The notes below the pieces were generated by a model. It had not been told where the DNA came from, ran no database searches, and saw nothing but the letters and a program-made list of their open reading frames with translations. A stretch of 64,000 nucleotides of DNA from an uncultured Verrucomicrobiae bacterium (GTDB taxonomy: Bacteria > Verrucomicrobiota > Verrucomicrobiia > Chthoniobacterales > JAATET01). The translations under genes were made by a program, and so were the position numbers. The stretch spans positions 1-64,000 of the forward strand of contig CAVRCI010000010.1 of NCBI GenBank assembly GCA_963719495.1. The letters are read 5' to 3'. Shown here one piece after another: positions 39,875-50,393 of this stretch; position 1 is the stretch's first letter, and every line of letters starts with the position of its first letter.

Positions 39875-40705
39875 ATGAAGCTGACCGCCCCCGCGAAAGT
39901 CAACCTTTCCCTCCGCATCCTGGGCCGCCGCTCCGACGGCTACCACGACATCGAAACCCTCATCGTCCCCCTCGACCTCGCCGACGAACTCGAGATCTCC
40001 ACCCGTCCCGGCGACGCCGTCACTCTCACCTCCAACGACCCCACCATCCCCACCAACGAAGGCAATCTCGCCGTCCGAGCCGCCCAACTCTTCGCCACCC
40101 ACACCGGCATCAAATCCGCCGTCCACATCGACCTGAAAAAGCGCATTCCCCACGGAGCAGGCCTCGGCGGCGGAAGCAGCGACGCCGCCACCGTCCTCCT
40201 CGCGCTCAACGACCTCCACGACGCCAAACTCCCCGCCGAAACCCTCGAATCCCTGGCCGCCACCATCGGCTCCGACGTCCCGTTCTTCATTCGCCGCCAG
40301 CCCGCCTGGGCCCGAGGCCGCGGCGAAATCCTCGAATCCACCACTCTCCCCAAGCCGCTTCCCATCGTCCTGATCAAACCCCCATTCGGAGTCCCCACCC
40401 CCTGGGCTTACCAAGCCTACGCCGGATCGACCAACTTCCCCGGCGCACCGACCGCGCCCCAAACCCTCGGCGACCTCACCTTCGTCAACGACCTCGAGCG
40501 CCCCGTCTTCCAGAAATTCCTCCTCCTCCCAATGATCAAGACCTGGCTCCTGGATCAGCCGGAAACGAGCGCCGCCCTCATGTCCGGATCCGGTGCCACC
40601 CTCTTCGGCATCGCGAAATCAAACGAAGCCGCCACCGCTCTAGCGGAAAGCGCCCGCCAAAACTTCGGCGAAACCTACTGGATCCAAACGACGCGGACGA
40701 CGTGA
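39875..40705 (+). CDS. ispE: 4-diphosphocytidyl-2-C-methyl-D-erythritol kinase
   Basis: APAKVNL, IPHGAGLGGGSSDAA, MSGSG. Confidence 0.96.
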   Translation: MKLTAPAKVNLSLRILGRRSDGYHDIETLIVPLDLADELEISTRPGDAVTLTSNDPTIPTNEGNLAVRAAQLFATHTGIKSAVHIDLKKRIPHGAGLGGGSSDAATVLLALNDLHDAKLPAETLESLAATIGSDVPFFIRRQPAWARGRGEILESTTLPKPLPIVLIKPPFGVPTPWAYQAYAGSTNFPGAPTAPQTLGDLTFVNDLERPVFQKFLLLPMIKTWLLDQPETSAALMSGSGATLFGIAKSNEAATALAESARQNFGETYWIQTTRTT

Positions 40706-40767
40706 CACCTGCTTCCAGCTTGTGCCCAACCCAACGGCGAAGCCGCATTTTCTCGGCGACCCGCCCG

Positions 40768-41730
40768 CTACCCGATCTCGCCCGCGATGATCTCCTCGAG
40801 CTTCACGATATCCGCCGCGAACTTCCGGATCCCGTCCGCCAGCTTGTCGGTCGCCATCGCGTCCTCGTTCAGCATCCAGCGGAACGTTTTCTCGTCGACG
40901 TCGATTTTTTCGACGTCGCTCGATTTCGCGTCATCGGGACTCAGTTTCCGCTCCAACGAATCGTCTGAATCCGCCAAATCTTTCAACAGATCCGGCGAGA
41001 TCGTCAGCAGGTCGCAACCGGCCAACTCCGTGATCTGCCCGATGTTCCGGAAGCTCGCGCCCATCACCTGGGTCTCGTAGCCGAACTTCTTGTAGTAGTT
41101 GTAAATCGCGTTCACCGATTGGACGCCCGGATCTTCCGCGCCCGTGTATTCCTTGCCGGTCGTCCCCTTGTAATAGTCGTAAATCCGACCCACGAACGGC
41201 GAGATGAGAGTCACCTTCGCCTCCGCGCAAGCGATCGCCTGCGGCAGCGAGAACATGAGCGTCAGGTTGCAGTTGATCCCTTCTTCCTGACACACCTTTG
41301 CCGCCATCGCGCCCTCCCACGTCGACGCAATCTTGATGAGAATCCGCTCCCGCGAAGTGCCCATCTTCTCGTAGAGCCCGATGAGGTATCGCGCCTTGTC
41401 GATGGTGCCCTGCATGTCGAACGACAGCCGTGCGTCGACCTCGGTCGAGACGCGCCCCGGCACGATCTCGAGGATTTCGCGTCCGAACAGAATTAACAAA
41501 TCATCGACGATCTTCTTGATCAGATCCGGCCCGCTCAGCGACGAACCCTTGTTGTCCGCGATCGCCTTCTCGAGGAGCGGTTTGTAGTCATCCTGCTGGA
41601 CGGCCTTGTAAATGAGGGAGGGATTCGTCGTCGCATCCTGCGGCGAATAATCCTTCATCGTCTGGAAATCGCCGGTATCGGCAACGACGGTCGTGAATTC
41701 CTTGAGCTGAGCGAGAAGTGAAGTGGCCAT
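40768..41730 (-). CDS. tal: Transaldolase
   Basis: [32 protein letters not shown]. Confidence 0.97.
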   Translation of the reverse strand: MATSLLAQLKEFTTVVADTGDFQTMKDYSPQDATTNPSLIYKAVQQDDYKPLLEKAIADNKGSSLSGPDLIKKIVDDLLILFGREILEIVPGRVSTEVDARLSFDMQGTIDKARYLIGLYEKMGTSRERILIKIASTWEGAMAAKVCQEEGINCNLTLMFSLPQAIACAEAKVTLISPFVGRIYDYYKGTTGKEYTGAEDPGVQSVNAIYNYYKKFGYETQVMGASFRNIGQITELAGCDLLTISPDLLKDLADSDDSLERKLSPDDAKSSDVEKIDVDEKTFRWMLNEDAMATDKLADGIRKFAADIVKLEEIIAGEIG

Positions 41731-41910
41731 AAGAGTAGGTTGGGATCAGGGTTGAAAGGACTCCGGGAACCGTGCAGCGGACCGCCAGCGATTGCAAATC
41801 CCAATGCGGCGAAAGACCGCCGCATTGGTTTTGCCCACACGACCGCCAAGGACTTCGGGCACTTCAAAGCCGCAGAATTAGCCGAACCGCCGATTCGCGA
41901 AGACCCAAAC

Positions 41911-42019
41911 CCGGAGGGCGAGGCTCCTGCCGAGCCGTGTTCGCATCCCACCGCCGTCGTGCGAGAGACCGGGCGGTTCACGTGAAAAGCAACGGCTCGG
42001 CGGGAGCCTCGCCCTCCGG
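41911..42019. repeat. REPIN-like inverted doublet of REP D
   Basis: 28-bp arms (27/28 match) separated by 53 nt; single copies at 12772 and 46612. Confidence 0.88.
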
Positions 42020-42108
42020 TTGGAAGCGTTCTCGGCGTCCGCGCGCGTCTGCGTGGATCATCCCGTTGCATTTCCTTCGCGCCTTCGCGGGAAAATGATC
42101 CCGCCCGC

Positions 42109-43713
42109 CTAGTCGCTTTCGTGCGCCAGGCTCGCCGCGACGAAACCCTTGAACAGCGGATGCGGGAAGTTCGGCTTGGACTGAAACTCCGGATGATACT
42201 GGCAGGCCAGATACCACGGATGGTCCCGCAGCTCGACCACCTCGACCAGCGAGCCGTCGGGTGAGGTCCCGGCGATCACGAAACCCTGCTCCTCCATTTG
42301 CGCCCGGTATTCCATGTTGAATTCGTAACGGTGCCGGTGGCGCTCGCTGATTTCGCTCTGACCGTAGACGCGCTGCGCGAGCGTCCCTTCGCCGAGCACC
42401 GTCGGACTCAGGCCGAGGCGCATCGAAGCACCCTTTTCGGTGACGCCCTTCTGTTCTTCGAGGATGCAGATGACCGGATAGCGGCAGCCGGGGTCGAACT
42501 CCGTGCTGTTCGCTTTCTCGAGACCGCAGACGTGACGGGCGAATTCAATGGTCGCGATTTGCATGCCGAGGCAGAGGCCGAGGTAGGGTGTTTTCGACTC
42601 TCGGGCGAAGCGGGCGGCGGCGATTTTGCCTTCGGTGCCGCGATCGCCGAAGCCGCCCGGGACGAGCACGCCGGCGACCCCGCCGAGGTATTTCTCCGCG
42701 CCCTCGGCTTCGAGGTCCTCGGCGTCGACAAGCACGAGATCGACGGCGCAATCGTGCGCCGCGCCGGCGTGGGTGAGGCTTTCGTAGATGCTCTTGTAGG
42801 CATCCTGGAGTTCGATGTATTTGCCAACGACGGCGATGCGGACGCGCTTCTTCGGATTCACGACGCGGGCGACGAATTTATTCCAACCCGCCATGTCGGG
42901 TTCGCCCTCGGGCAGACCAAGCGTCTTGCAAACGATGAGGTCGAGGCCTTCCTCTTGAAAAAGCAGCGGAGCTTCGTAAATCGTGTTGTCGACGTCGCGG
43001 CCTTCGATCACGGCTTCAAGCGGGACGTTGCAGTAGAGCGACAGTTTCTGCCGGACCTCGTCGTCGAGCGCGTGCTCGGTGCGGCAGATGAGGACCTGCG
43101 GCTGGAGACCGATCTCGCGGAGTTTCGCGACGCTTTGCTGCGTCGGCTTGGTCTTGAGTTCGCCCGCCGCTTTGATGAACGGCACGAGCGTGACGTGCAT
43201 GAGCATCGTGTTGCCGAGACCGGCTTCGAGGGTGAATTGGCGGATCGCCTCCAGGAAGGGCAGCCCTTCGATGTCGCCGGTCGTCCCGCCGATCTCGGTG
43301 ATGCAGACGTCGGCGTCCGATACCTCGCTCATGCGCCGGATCACGGCTTTGATCTCGTCGGTGACGTGCGGGATGACCTGGACGGTCTTGCCGAGGTAAT
43401 CGCCCCGGCGCTCTTTCGCGAGAACGGTCTCGTAGATCTGGCCGCTGGTGACGTTGTTGGCCTTGGTGAGGACGGTGTTTGTGAAGCGCTCGTAGTGCCC
43501 GAGGTCGAGATCGGTCTCGGCACCATCGGAGAGAACGTAGACCTCACCGTGCTGATACGGGCTCATCGTCCCGGGATCGACGTTGAGGTAGGGGTCCAAT
43601 TTTTGCAGCACGACGCTGATCCCGCGGTGCTCGAGGAGCGTCCCCAACGAAGCCGCCGCCAGCCCTTTTCCCAGCGAACTCACCACGCCGCCCGTCACGA
43701 AAATATGCTTCAT
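42109..43713 (-). CDS. pyrG: CTP synthase
   Basis: [30 protein letters not shown]. Confidence 0.98.
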   Translation of the reverse strand: MKHIFVTGGVVSSLGKGLAAASLGTLLEHRGISVVLQKLDPYLNVDPGTMSPYQHGEVYVLSDGAETDLDLGHYERFTNTVLTKANNVTSGQIYETVLAKERRGDYLGKTVQVIPHVTDEIKAVIRRMSEVSDADVCITEIGGTTGDIEGLPFLEAIRQFTLEAGLGNTMLMHVTLVPFIKAAGELKTKPTQQSVAKLREIGLQPQVLICRTEHALDDEVRQKLSLYCNVPLEAVIEGRDVDNTIYEAPLLFQEEGLDLIVCKTLGLPEGEPDMAGWNKFVARVVNPKKRVRIAVVGKYIELQDAYKSIYESLTHAGAAHDCAVDLVLVDAEDLEAEGAEKYLGGVAGVLVPGGFGDRGTEGKIAAARFARESKTPYLGLCLGMQIATIEFARHVCGLEKANSTEFDPGCRYPVICILEEQKGVTEKGASMRLGLSPTVLGEGTLAQRVYGQSEISERHRHRYEFNMEYRAQMEEQGFVIAGTSPDGSLVEVVELRDHPWYLACQYHPEFQSKPNFPHPLFKGFVAASLAHESD

Positions 43714-43835
43714 CGGCGGCGATCATAGGGACCGATTCCCGAAAATCCAGCGTTGGGAAAAATTCCGTGCCCGCCGCCCGCCGACGGCGCGGAAATGGTT
43801 TCTTCGCGCCCGCCATGCCGCTAGCCTCCGACCCC

Positions 43836-44591
43836 ATGCCGGCGGACGTTGCCATCGAAGCCACCTCGCGAACGCTTCGCCGCGTCGTCGCCGATCCCAT
43901 CACCTGGCTGCCGTTTCTACCGTTCGCCGCCGCCTATTCGTTCCTCGGAACGCCGTGGTGGATCTGCGCCGCCGGGGCCGTTGCCGCCGGGACGGGCGTC
44001 GTCGCGTGGTGGCGCCGGCATTGGACCAGCCTCCGCACCGACGCCGAAATCACGCTTCGCCGCGACCAGGTCCAGGCCGAAAATCTCCGCATCGAACGCA
44101 CCCTCGGCGACCTCACGCCCAGACTACCCGATCGCTGCGGCACGGCCTTCCGCCTCAGTCTCCCGAATTTCCTCGCGAACAAACGCCACGTCGACGCCGC
44201 CATCTTCGAAGACAATCGAGTCACCCCCGTCGAGGCCGAAATCGGCACCATGGTCGGCGACCTCGCCACCGCCTGGCTCGCCGACCTCGACCGGCTCGCC
44301 ACGGCACGGCTCGGGGACGCCGAAATGGACCGGCTCCGGGATTCCGTCGAAAAAGGCATCACGGCCATGCAGAAGACGCGCGCCGAGATCGACACGCTCA
44401 TCCGCCCGTCGCAGGGCCTCGACCCCGCCCTCAAAAGCGCCGCCGCCGAGCGCGCCCAGCGCCTCGAGGACCGTCTCGCCGAAGCCCGCCTCATCCGCGA
44501 CCGACTCGTTCGCGACCTCCAGCCCGGGATTTCGCCCGACCCGCCAACCGATTCCAATCCGTCCACGTCGACCCAGCCGCTTTCGCAATGA
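43836..44591 (+). CDS. Hypothetical membrane protein (2 TMs plus helical domain)
   Basis: Normal codon usage; ATGA overlap with next gene; start uncertain. Confidence 0.65.
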   Translation: MPADVAIEATSRTLRRVVADPITWLPFLPFAAAYSFLGTPWWICAAGAVAAGTGVVAWWRRHWTSLRTDAEITLRRDQVQAENLRIERTLGDLTPRLPDRCGTAFRLSLPNFLANKRHVDAAIFEDNRVTPVEAEIGTMVGDLATAWLADLDRLATARLGDAEMDRLRDSVEKGITAMQKTRAEIDTLIRPSQGLDPALKSAAAERAQRLEDRLAEARLIRDRLVRDLQPGISPDPPTDSNPSTSTQPLSQ

Positions 44592-45184
44592 CCGAACCCG
44601 CTCCGAAAAAATTCAACGCCGCCGGGCTGGCGAGTTTCCTCGTCCCGCTCAGCGAAACCGAAACGACCCTGCGCCAGGCTTACGATCGCCTCATGGCCGT
44701 CGGCAACCCGCCGACCGACGTGCCGCTCATCATCCGAATCTGCGAAAACCCGAAGTATCACTACGGCGGCTTCGGATTTTTCAAGGGCCGCATCTCGCTC
44801 GAGCAACACGACTACGCCCACATCGTCCTCGGGCGCGGCCTCACGCTTATGGACGAGGCGTTCGTGATCGGATTCACGATGGGATCGAGTGACAAAGTGT
44901 CGACGCTCGAGGAGCGTCTCTTCGCCTTCATCGCGTCGCGCGTCTATCCCAAGCCCTACCGCTTCGCCCGGGACGGCACCCGCGTCTTCCGCGATGGCGT
45001 CCACCTCGGCTACGTCTCGGCCTGCCAGCCGATCGAGCAAATCGATTTCACGCCGCTCCTCGACCTCCCGCTCGGCGAGACCCGCCGCATCATCGGCCTC
45101 GAGGCCAATCTCCTCCAAGCCTACTACGAGGTCGAAGCTCGCCGCTTCCCCGACAGTGCGTCCAGTCAACGTCTCGTTCAATGA
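44588..45184 (+). CDS. Hypothetical protein with Coq4-like HDxxH...E motif
   Basis: HDYAHIVLGRG..DEAFVIGF; ATGA overlaps at both ends. Confidence 0.7.
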   Translation: MTEPAPKKFNAAGLASFLVPLSETETTLRQAYDRLMAVGNPPTDVPLIIRICENPKYHYGGFGFFKGRISLEQHDYAHIVLGRGLTLMDEAFVIGFTMGSSDKVSTLEERLFAFIASRVYPKPYRFARDGTRVFRDGVHLGYVSACQPIEQIDFTPLLDLPLGETRRIIGLEANLLQAYYEVEARRFPDSASSQRLVQ

Positions 45185-45903
45185 GCCGCGCGTTCGAAGA
45201 GATCGACCACCGATCGACTCCGCTGGGCGACCTGACGCTCCGTCGACGGCGGCTCCCGCAACTCGACGATCTCGAAATTTTCGAGGTCAAGCTCGGCGAG
45301 GAATTTCTCATGTCGAGCCTCTTCCACGAGGTCGAAGTCGCGCTCGCCGATCTCGGACTCGCCGGGCTGCCCGGCCCGCTCGACGTCGTGGTCGGCGGCC
45401 TCGGACTCGGCTACACCGCCCGCGCCGCCCTCCGCCACGCGACCGTCGCCAACCTCCTCGTCGTCGACGCCCTCGCCCCCGTGATCGAATGGCACGAAGC
45501 CGGACTCGTGCCGCTCGGCCCGGAGCTGACCCAGGACCCGCGCTGCCGCTTCGTCCACGGGGATTTCTTCGCCATGGCGACGTCGCCGGAAACGGGGTTC
45601 GACCCCACCCAGCCGGGCCGCCGCTTCCACGCCATCCTCCTCGACATCGACCACTCGCCCGAAAACGTCCTTCACCCCCGCCACGGCGCGTTCTACACGC
45701 CCGGCTCGCTCCGCGAAGTCGCCCGCCAACTCCACCCCGGCGGCGTCTTCGCGATGTGGTCCGACGACCCGCCCAGCGAGTCGTTTCTCTCCACCCTCGG
45801 GTCCGCCTTCGAAAATCCCGAAGCCCGCGTCGTGTCGTTCGAGAATCCCCTGCGCGGAAATTCTTCGGAAAGCACCGTCTATCTCGCGCGCCGACCGGCC
45901 TAA
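45181..45903 (+). CDS. Spermidine synthase-like SAM-binding protein
   Basis: VVGGLGLGYT, GDFF, ILLDIDHSP. Confidence 0.85.
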   Translation: MSRAFEEIDHRSTPLGDLTLRRRRLPQLDDLEIFEVKLGEEFLMSSLFHEVEVALADLGLAGLPGPLDVVVGGLGLGYTARAALRHATVANLLVVDALAPVIEWHEAGLVPLGPELTQDPRCRFVHGDFFAMATSPETGFDPTQPGRRFHAILLDIDHSPENVLHPRHGAFYTPGSLREVARQLHPGGVFAMWSDDPPSESFLSTLGSAFENPEARVVSFENPLRGNSSESTVYLARRPA

Positions 45904-45915
45904 TCCCAGACCCGG

Positions 45916-46140
45916 TCAGTCGAACTCGACGTCGGGAATTTCATCAGCACCCAGCAAACGCCCGCCTTTGATCATCCGGCAGAATTCCTTCTTGCTCAGA
46001 TCGAGGTGCGTCCCGTCCCGCGTCGTCAACTCCTCGAGCCGCTTGTAACCCACCGACAAACGCTCCAGCCGAACGATCCGCACAAAGCCCCCGTCGACTT
46101 CCCAAACCTGATCCTGCCGCAATCGTAAAGGTGCGCTCAT
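45916..46140 (-). CDS. Small hypothetical protein
   Basis: 74-aa ORF overlapping the VOC gene stop by 4 nt. Confidence 0.6.
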   Translation of the reverse strand: MSAPLRLRQDQVWEVDGGFVRIVRLERLSVGYKRLEELTTRDGTHLDLSKKEFCRMIKGGRLLGADEIPDVEFD

Positions 46141-46538
46141 AAAACTTCGTTCTGAAAAAGTTCGACCACCTCGCCGTCCGGCCCCTTGAAAAAAGCGATC
46201 CGCACCGGCACGATCCCGCCTACCGAGTCGATGTCGACGTCCTTCGTCTCCATTGTCACCTCCATCCCCGCATCCCGCACGATCCCAAGCATCCCCGCGC
46301 AATCGTCGGTCCGCAGCGCAAAGTGCAGGATCGTCGACTCACCCGGCTCGAACGCCTCACCCCGCTCGAAGATTTCGACATAGCGAGAATCTCCGGCGTG
46401 CACCATCACCGCCCGAGCCGGAGCCATACCCCAGGAAATCTTCACCTCGAGCCCCAGCACCTCCGTATAAAACGCCAGACTCCGATCAAAGTCCGCCGTT
46501 CGAATCGCCACGTGATGAAATCCAGTAATCGCCGCCAT
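46137..46538 (-). CDS. VOC/glyoxalase family protein
   Basis: HHVAI..DFDRSLAFY..LG, HFAL, GPDGEVVEL. Confidence 0.92.
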   Translation of the reverse strand: MAAITGFHHVAIRTADFDRSLAFYTEVLGLEVKISWGMAPARAVMVHAGDSRYVEIFERGEAFEPGESTILHFALRTDDCAGMLGIVRDAGMEVTMETKDVDIDSVGGIVPVRIAFFKGPDGEVVELFQNEVL

Positions 46539-46693
46539 CCCCGAACCATCGCAAGCCACTCCCCAACCCGCAAGCCATCCGAAACCACCAGCCGAAGGCA
46601 CCCACCCCCCCGGAGGGCGAGGCTCCCGCCAAGCCGTAGCCCCCACGCGCCACCCATCCGAAACCAAACAGCCGCCGACGCTCACCACTCCAA

Positions 46694-46777
46694 ATTTCGC
46701 ATTCCGCATTCCGCATTTCCCGTTTCGCATTTCGCATTTCGCATTTCGCATTTCGCATTTCGCATTTCGCATTTCGA
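46694..46777. repeat. Tandem heptamer array (ATTTCGC)n, about 12 units
   Basis: Read directly from sequence. Confidence 0.95.
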
Positions 46778-46840
46778 ATTAACCCAAGCTGATCACCAGC
46801 ATTGCCGCCCCCCACCCCCCACGGTATTAAACCCTGACCC

Positions 46841-47470
46841 ATGCCCGAGTTTTTGCAGAAAGGCGGCCCCCTCATGTGGATCCTCGCCGCCGCCAGCGTC
46901 GTCGCGGTCGCCGTCTTTCTGGAGCGCGCCTTCTACCTGCACCGCGTGAGCATCCGGGTCGGCGAGATTCTCCGAGGCCTCTCAAATCTCGTCCGCATCG
47001 GCAACTACTCCGAGGCCATCACCGAATGCGCCGCCACCGCCGGACCCGTCGGACGCGTCATGCACGCCGTCATGGTCCGCCACACCCTCGACCGCCCCGA
47101 GCTCAAGGACATCGCCCAGGACGCCGGCCAGCTCGAAGTCCCCAGGCTCGAGCGCAACCTCGGCCTCCTCGTCACCATCGTCTACGCCGCCCCGCTCATC
47201 GGCCTCCTCGGCACCGTCATCGGCCTCATCCAGGCTTTTACCGCCATCTCCGCGCAGGGCGGTTACGCCACCGCCGCCGAGATCGCCGGCGGCGTTTACC
47301 AGAGCCTCCTCACGACCGCCGCCGGACTCGCCCTCGCCATCCCCGCGCTCCTCGCCTACCAATACCTCTCCTACCGCGTGAACGAACTCGTCCACGACAT
47401 GGAACGCGCCGGCATCGAAGTCGTCAGCATGATCCTCGACGCCCGCCGCGCCACCGACCGACCGTCGTGA
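46841..47470 (+). CDS. MotA/TolQ/ExbB family protein
   Basis: APLIGLLGTVIGLI, LLTTAAGL. Confidence 0.93.
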   Translation: MPEFLQKGGPLMWILAAASVVAVAVFLERAFYLHRVSIRVGEILRGLSNLVRIGNYSEAITECAATAGPVGRVMHAVMVRHTLDRPELKDIAQDAGQLEVPRLERNLGLLVTIVYAAPLIGLLGTVIGLIQAFTAISAQGGYATAAEIAGGVYQSLLTTAAGLALAIPALLAYQYLSYRVNELVHDMERAGIEVVSMILDARRATDRPS

Positions 47471-47868
47471 AGCTCCGCCGCAGTCTCGAGCCCCGGTTTA
47501 CGCCGATCCTCTTCATCCCGGTCGCCGACGTCGCCGCCGCGCTCATTTTCTTCTTCCTGCTCAGCGGCACCTTCCTCCTCCAGCCCGGCATCGCGGTCGA
47601 AGTCCCCGCCTCCCCGTTCGTTCTCGCCCCCCAGCACAATCCCCGCGTCGTCAGCGTCACGTCCGCCCCGGCCCCGGCGATTTACTTCGAAAACGAGCGC
47701 CTCACCGTCGACCAGCTCGCCACCCGGCTCGCCGACCGAACGGAAGACGCCACCGTGATCATCAAATCCGACCGCGCTGCCCCGGTCGAACTCGTCGTCG
47801 CGGTCTCGAACGTCGCCCTCGCCGCCGGCTGCACCGTCGTCCTCGCGACCTCCGAGCCGGCCCCATGA
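47467..47868 (+). CDS. ExbD/TolR family protein
   Basis: P.ADV TM segment, IIKSD; GTGA overlap. Confidence 0.85.
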   Translation: MKLRRSLEPRFTPILFIPVADVAAALIFFFLLSGTFLLQPGIAVEVPASPFVLAPQHNPRVVSVTSAPAPAIYFENERLTVDQLATRLADRTEDATVIIKSDRAAPVELVVAVSNVALAAGCTVVLATSEPAP

Positions 47869-48620
47869 GCACCGCGACCGACCCCGCCCGCCTCCTCTAC
47901 GACTGGACCGGCCACCCGGACCACCGCCGTCGCCTCGGCTTCTGGATCCTCGGCGCGCTCGTCCTCCACGCCAGCGCCTACCTCCTCTTCCGAGCCACCG
48001 ACCCGCCCCCGTCCAGCCTCGAGCCGTCGAAGGCAAAAATCCACATCCTCGCCCCCGACAGCGAAGCCGCCCGCCTCCTCGCCCCCCGCATCGCCGCCGC
48101 CGACCCCGCCCTCTTTGCCGCCGACCGCCTCGCCACCCGCCCGCTCCCCGATCCTGCCATCCCCGACTACCGCCCGAGCTTCGAAAACGCCGAGCCGCCC
48201 CTTGTCGCCCTCCCCGAGCCCGTCCGCGAACTCCTCCCACCGCTCCCGCGCGACGACGGCCCCGTCGTCGTGAACGACGGCCGCGCCTCCCCTCGTCCGC
48301 TCCCCGCTCCAGCCCGCGATACGAAAGTCGTCTTCGCCGGCGACCTCGCCAGCCGCTCCGTGACCTCGCGGCCGAACGCCGCCTTCACCGCCCGCCCCGG
48401 CGAGAACCTCGCTCCCGCCACCTACCTCGTCGCCGTCGCGCCCACCGGCGAAGTCCGCCACGTCGTCGAGATCGAGCGCACCGCCAGCCCCCGGATCAAC
48501 GCCGTTGCCATCCCGTATCTCATGGGCTTCCGCTTCGACCCCACCCCCACCGCCACCGACGTCGCGTGGGGCGAAGCGACCATTCACTGGGGTCTCGACG
48601 TCCGCCGCGAGCGACTCTAG
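47865..48620 (+). CDS. Hypothetical TonB-like protein
   Basis: TM with S-x3-H-like ALVLHA, Pro-rich linker, position after exbBD. Confidence 0.6.
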   Translation: MSTATDPARLLYDWTGHPDHRRRLGFWILGALVLHASAYLLFRATDPPPSSLEPSKAKIHILAPDSEAARLLAPRIAAADPALFAADRLATRPLPDPAIPDYRPSFENAEPPLVALPEPVRELLPPLPRDDGPVVVNDGRASPRPLPAPARDTKVVFAGDLASRSVTSRPNAAFTARPGENLAPATYLVAVAPTGEVRHVVEIERTASPRINAVAIPYLMGFRFDPTPTATDVAWGEATIHWGLDVRRERL

Positions 48621-48631
48621 CGCCGAATCCA

Positions 48632-48892
48632 ATGTTCGACGTCTCCCTCTCCGCCCTCGCCACGGTCTACCTCATCACCACCTGCGCCGGCATCCTGCTG
48701 GTCGTTCTCGTCGCCACTCTCGCCCGCCGCCGCACCAGCCGCCCCGGCCCACCGTCCGTCCGCTGCCGCCTCTGCGCCTTCACCTTCGAGCCGACCAAGG
48801 AACTGACCCCCTGCCCCCGCTGCGGCAGCCTCAACGAGGCTCCCGTTACGAACCGAACCAAAGTGATGCCGAATGGGGCCGATCCCCGGTAG
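48632..48892 (+). CDS. Small membrane protein with zinc ribbon
   Basis: TM followed by CRLC and CPRC. Confidence 0.65.
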   Translation: MFDVSLSALATVYLITTCAGILLVVLVATLARRRTSRPGPPSVRCRLCAFTFEPTKELTPCPRCGSLNEAPVTNRTKVMPNGADPR

Positions 48893-48929
48893 AGCGAGGT
48901 CGAGCCATCGTCTGATCTCCAAACCAAAA

Positions 48930-49032
48930 GGATGCCGAAGGCATCGAAGCCACGGCAGCGCGGGGTTGAGCGGAGCGACACCCCGGGGACACCAGAGCCT
49001 CCCCCAGGCAATACCGATCCCAAAGGGATCGC
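48930..49032 (+). repeat. Multi-hairpin REP-like element
   Basis: gatgcc-gaa-ggcatc; ggggt-tgagcggagcgac-acccc; cgatccc-aaa-gggatcg. Confidence 0.65.
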
Positions 49033-49145
49033 ACCCACGCGGCACCCATCCACAGCATCCGCCCCCATCCCGCCCCGAACTTTTGGGTTGCCTAACCCCG
49101 CCCCCGTCCCGATTGATAAACGATTCCCTTACCCACTTTTCAGGC

Positions 49146-50393
49146 ATGAATGAGCGCAGAGTAGTTATCACCGGTCTCGGAGTTGTCAGTCCCATCGGAC
49201 TCGGCAAGGACCCGTTTTGGAACAATCTCGTCGCCGGGAAAAACGGCATCACGCACTTCGAAGCCTTCGATTCCACCGACTACGACTGCAAAATCGCCGG
49301 CGAAGTCAAAAATTTCGAGCCCCGCGACTACTTCAAGACGCCCAAGGACACCAAGCGCACCGACCGCTTCACGCAATTCGCCATGGCGGGCGCGAAACTC
49401 GCCGTCGCCGACTCCGGCATCGACTTCGACAAGGTCGACCTCGACCGCACCGGCGTCATGATCGGCTCCGGCATCGGCGGCCTCCAGAGCATGGAGACCG
49501 AGGCGCACCGCATCGCCGACCGCGGCCCCGACCGCGTCTCCCCTTTCACCATCGCCATGATGATCAGCAACATGGCCAGCGGCATGATTTCCATGGAATT
49601 CGGCCTACGCGGGCCGAACATGTGCATCGTCACCGCCTGCGCCACCGCCAACAACTCGCTCGGCGAAGCCTGGCGCATCATCAAATTCGGCGACGCCGAT
49701 TGCTTCCTCGCCGGAGGCACCGAGGCCACCATCACCCCGCTCGGCATCGCCGGATTCGCCGCCATGCGCGCCCTCAGCTGCCGCAACGACGAGCCGGGCC
49801 GCGCCTGCCGCCCGTTCGACGCCGCCCGCGACGGCTTCATCATGGGCGAAGGAGCCGGCATCCTCGTCATCGAAGAGCTCGAGCACGCCAAGCGCCGCGG
49901 CGCCCACATCTACTGCGAACTCGCCGGCTACGGCTGCAGCGCCGACGCCCACCACATGACCGCCCCACTCCCGGAGGGCGACGGAGCCGCCCGCGCCATG
50001 CAAATGGCCATGCGCCACGCCAAGGTCAATCCAACCGACGTCGACTACATCAACGCCCACGCCACCTCCACTCCCCTGGGCGATCTCTGCGAAACGAAGG
50101 CCATCAAAAAGGCCCTCGGCGAGCACGCCTACAGGACGCCAGTCAGCTCCACGAAGTCCATGACCGGCCACCTCCTCGGAGCCGCCGGCGGAGTCGAAAT
50201 GGCCGCCTGCGCCCTGGCGATTCAGCACGGCATCATCCCGCCGACCATCAACCTCGAAAACCCCAGCGAAGGTTGCGATCTGGACTACGTCCCCAACGTA
50301 GCCCGGGAGGCCAAGGTCACCTGCGCCATCAACAACAGCTTCGGCTTCGGCGGCCACAACGCCACCCTCATCGCCACCAAATTCACGGGCTAG
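49146..50393 (+). CDS. fabF: Beta-ketoacyl-ACP synthase II
   Basis: RVVITGLG, TACAT, NAHATST, STKSMTGH, NSFGFGG. Confidence 0.96.
   Translation: MNERRVVITGLGVVSPIGLGKDPFWNNLVAGKNGITHFEAFDSTDYDCKIAGEVKNFEPRDYFKTPKDTKRTDRFTQFAMAGAKLAVADSGIDFDKVDLDRTGVMIGSGIGGLQSMETEAHRIADRGPDRVSPFTIAMMISNMASGMISMEFGLRGPNMCIVTACATANNSLGEAWRIIKFGDADCFLAGGTEATITPLGIAGFAAMRALSCRNDEPGRACRPFDAARDGFIMGEGAGILVIEELEHAKRRGAHIYCELAGYGCSADAHHMTAPLPEGDGAARAMQMAMRHAKVNPTDVDYINAHATSTPLGDLCETKAIKKALGEHAYRTPVSSTKSMTGHLLGAAGGVEMAACALAIQHGIIPPTINLENPSEGCDLDYVPNVAREAKVTCAINNSFGFGGHNATLIATKFTG

Noticed and set aside
46539..46772. MRNAKCE repeat extension on the VOC protein
   Set aside because: Translation of the intergenic heptamer array and REP D; the VOC fold starts at 46538.
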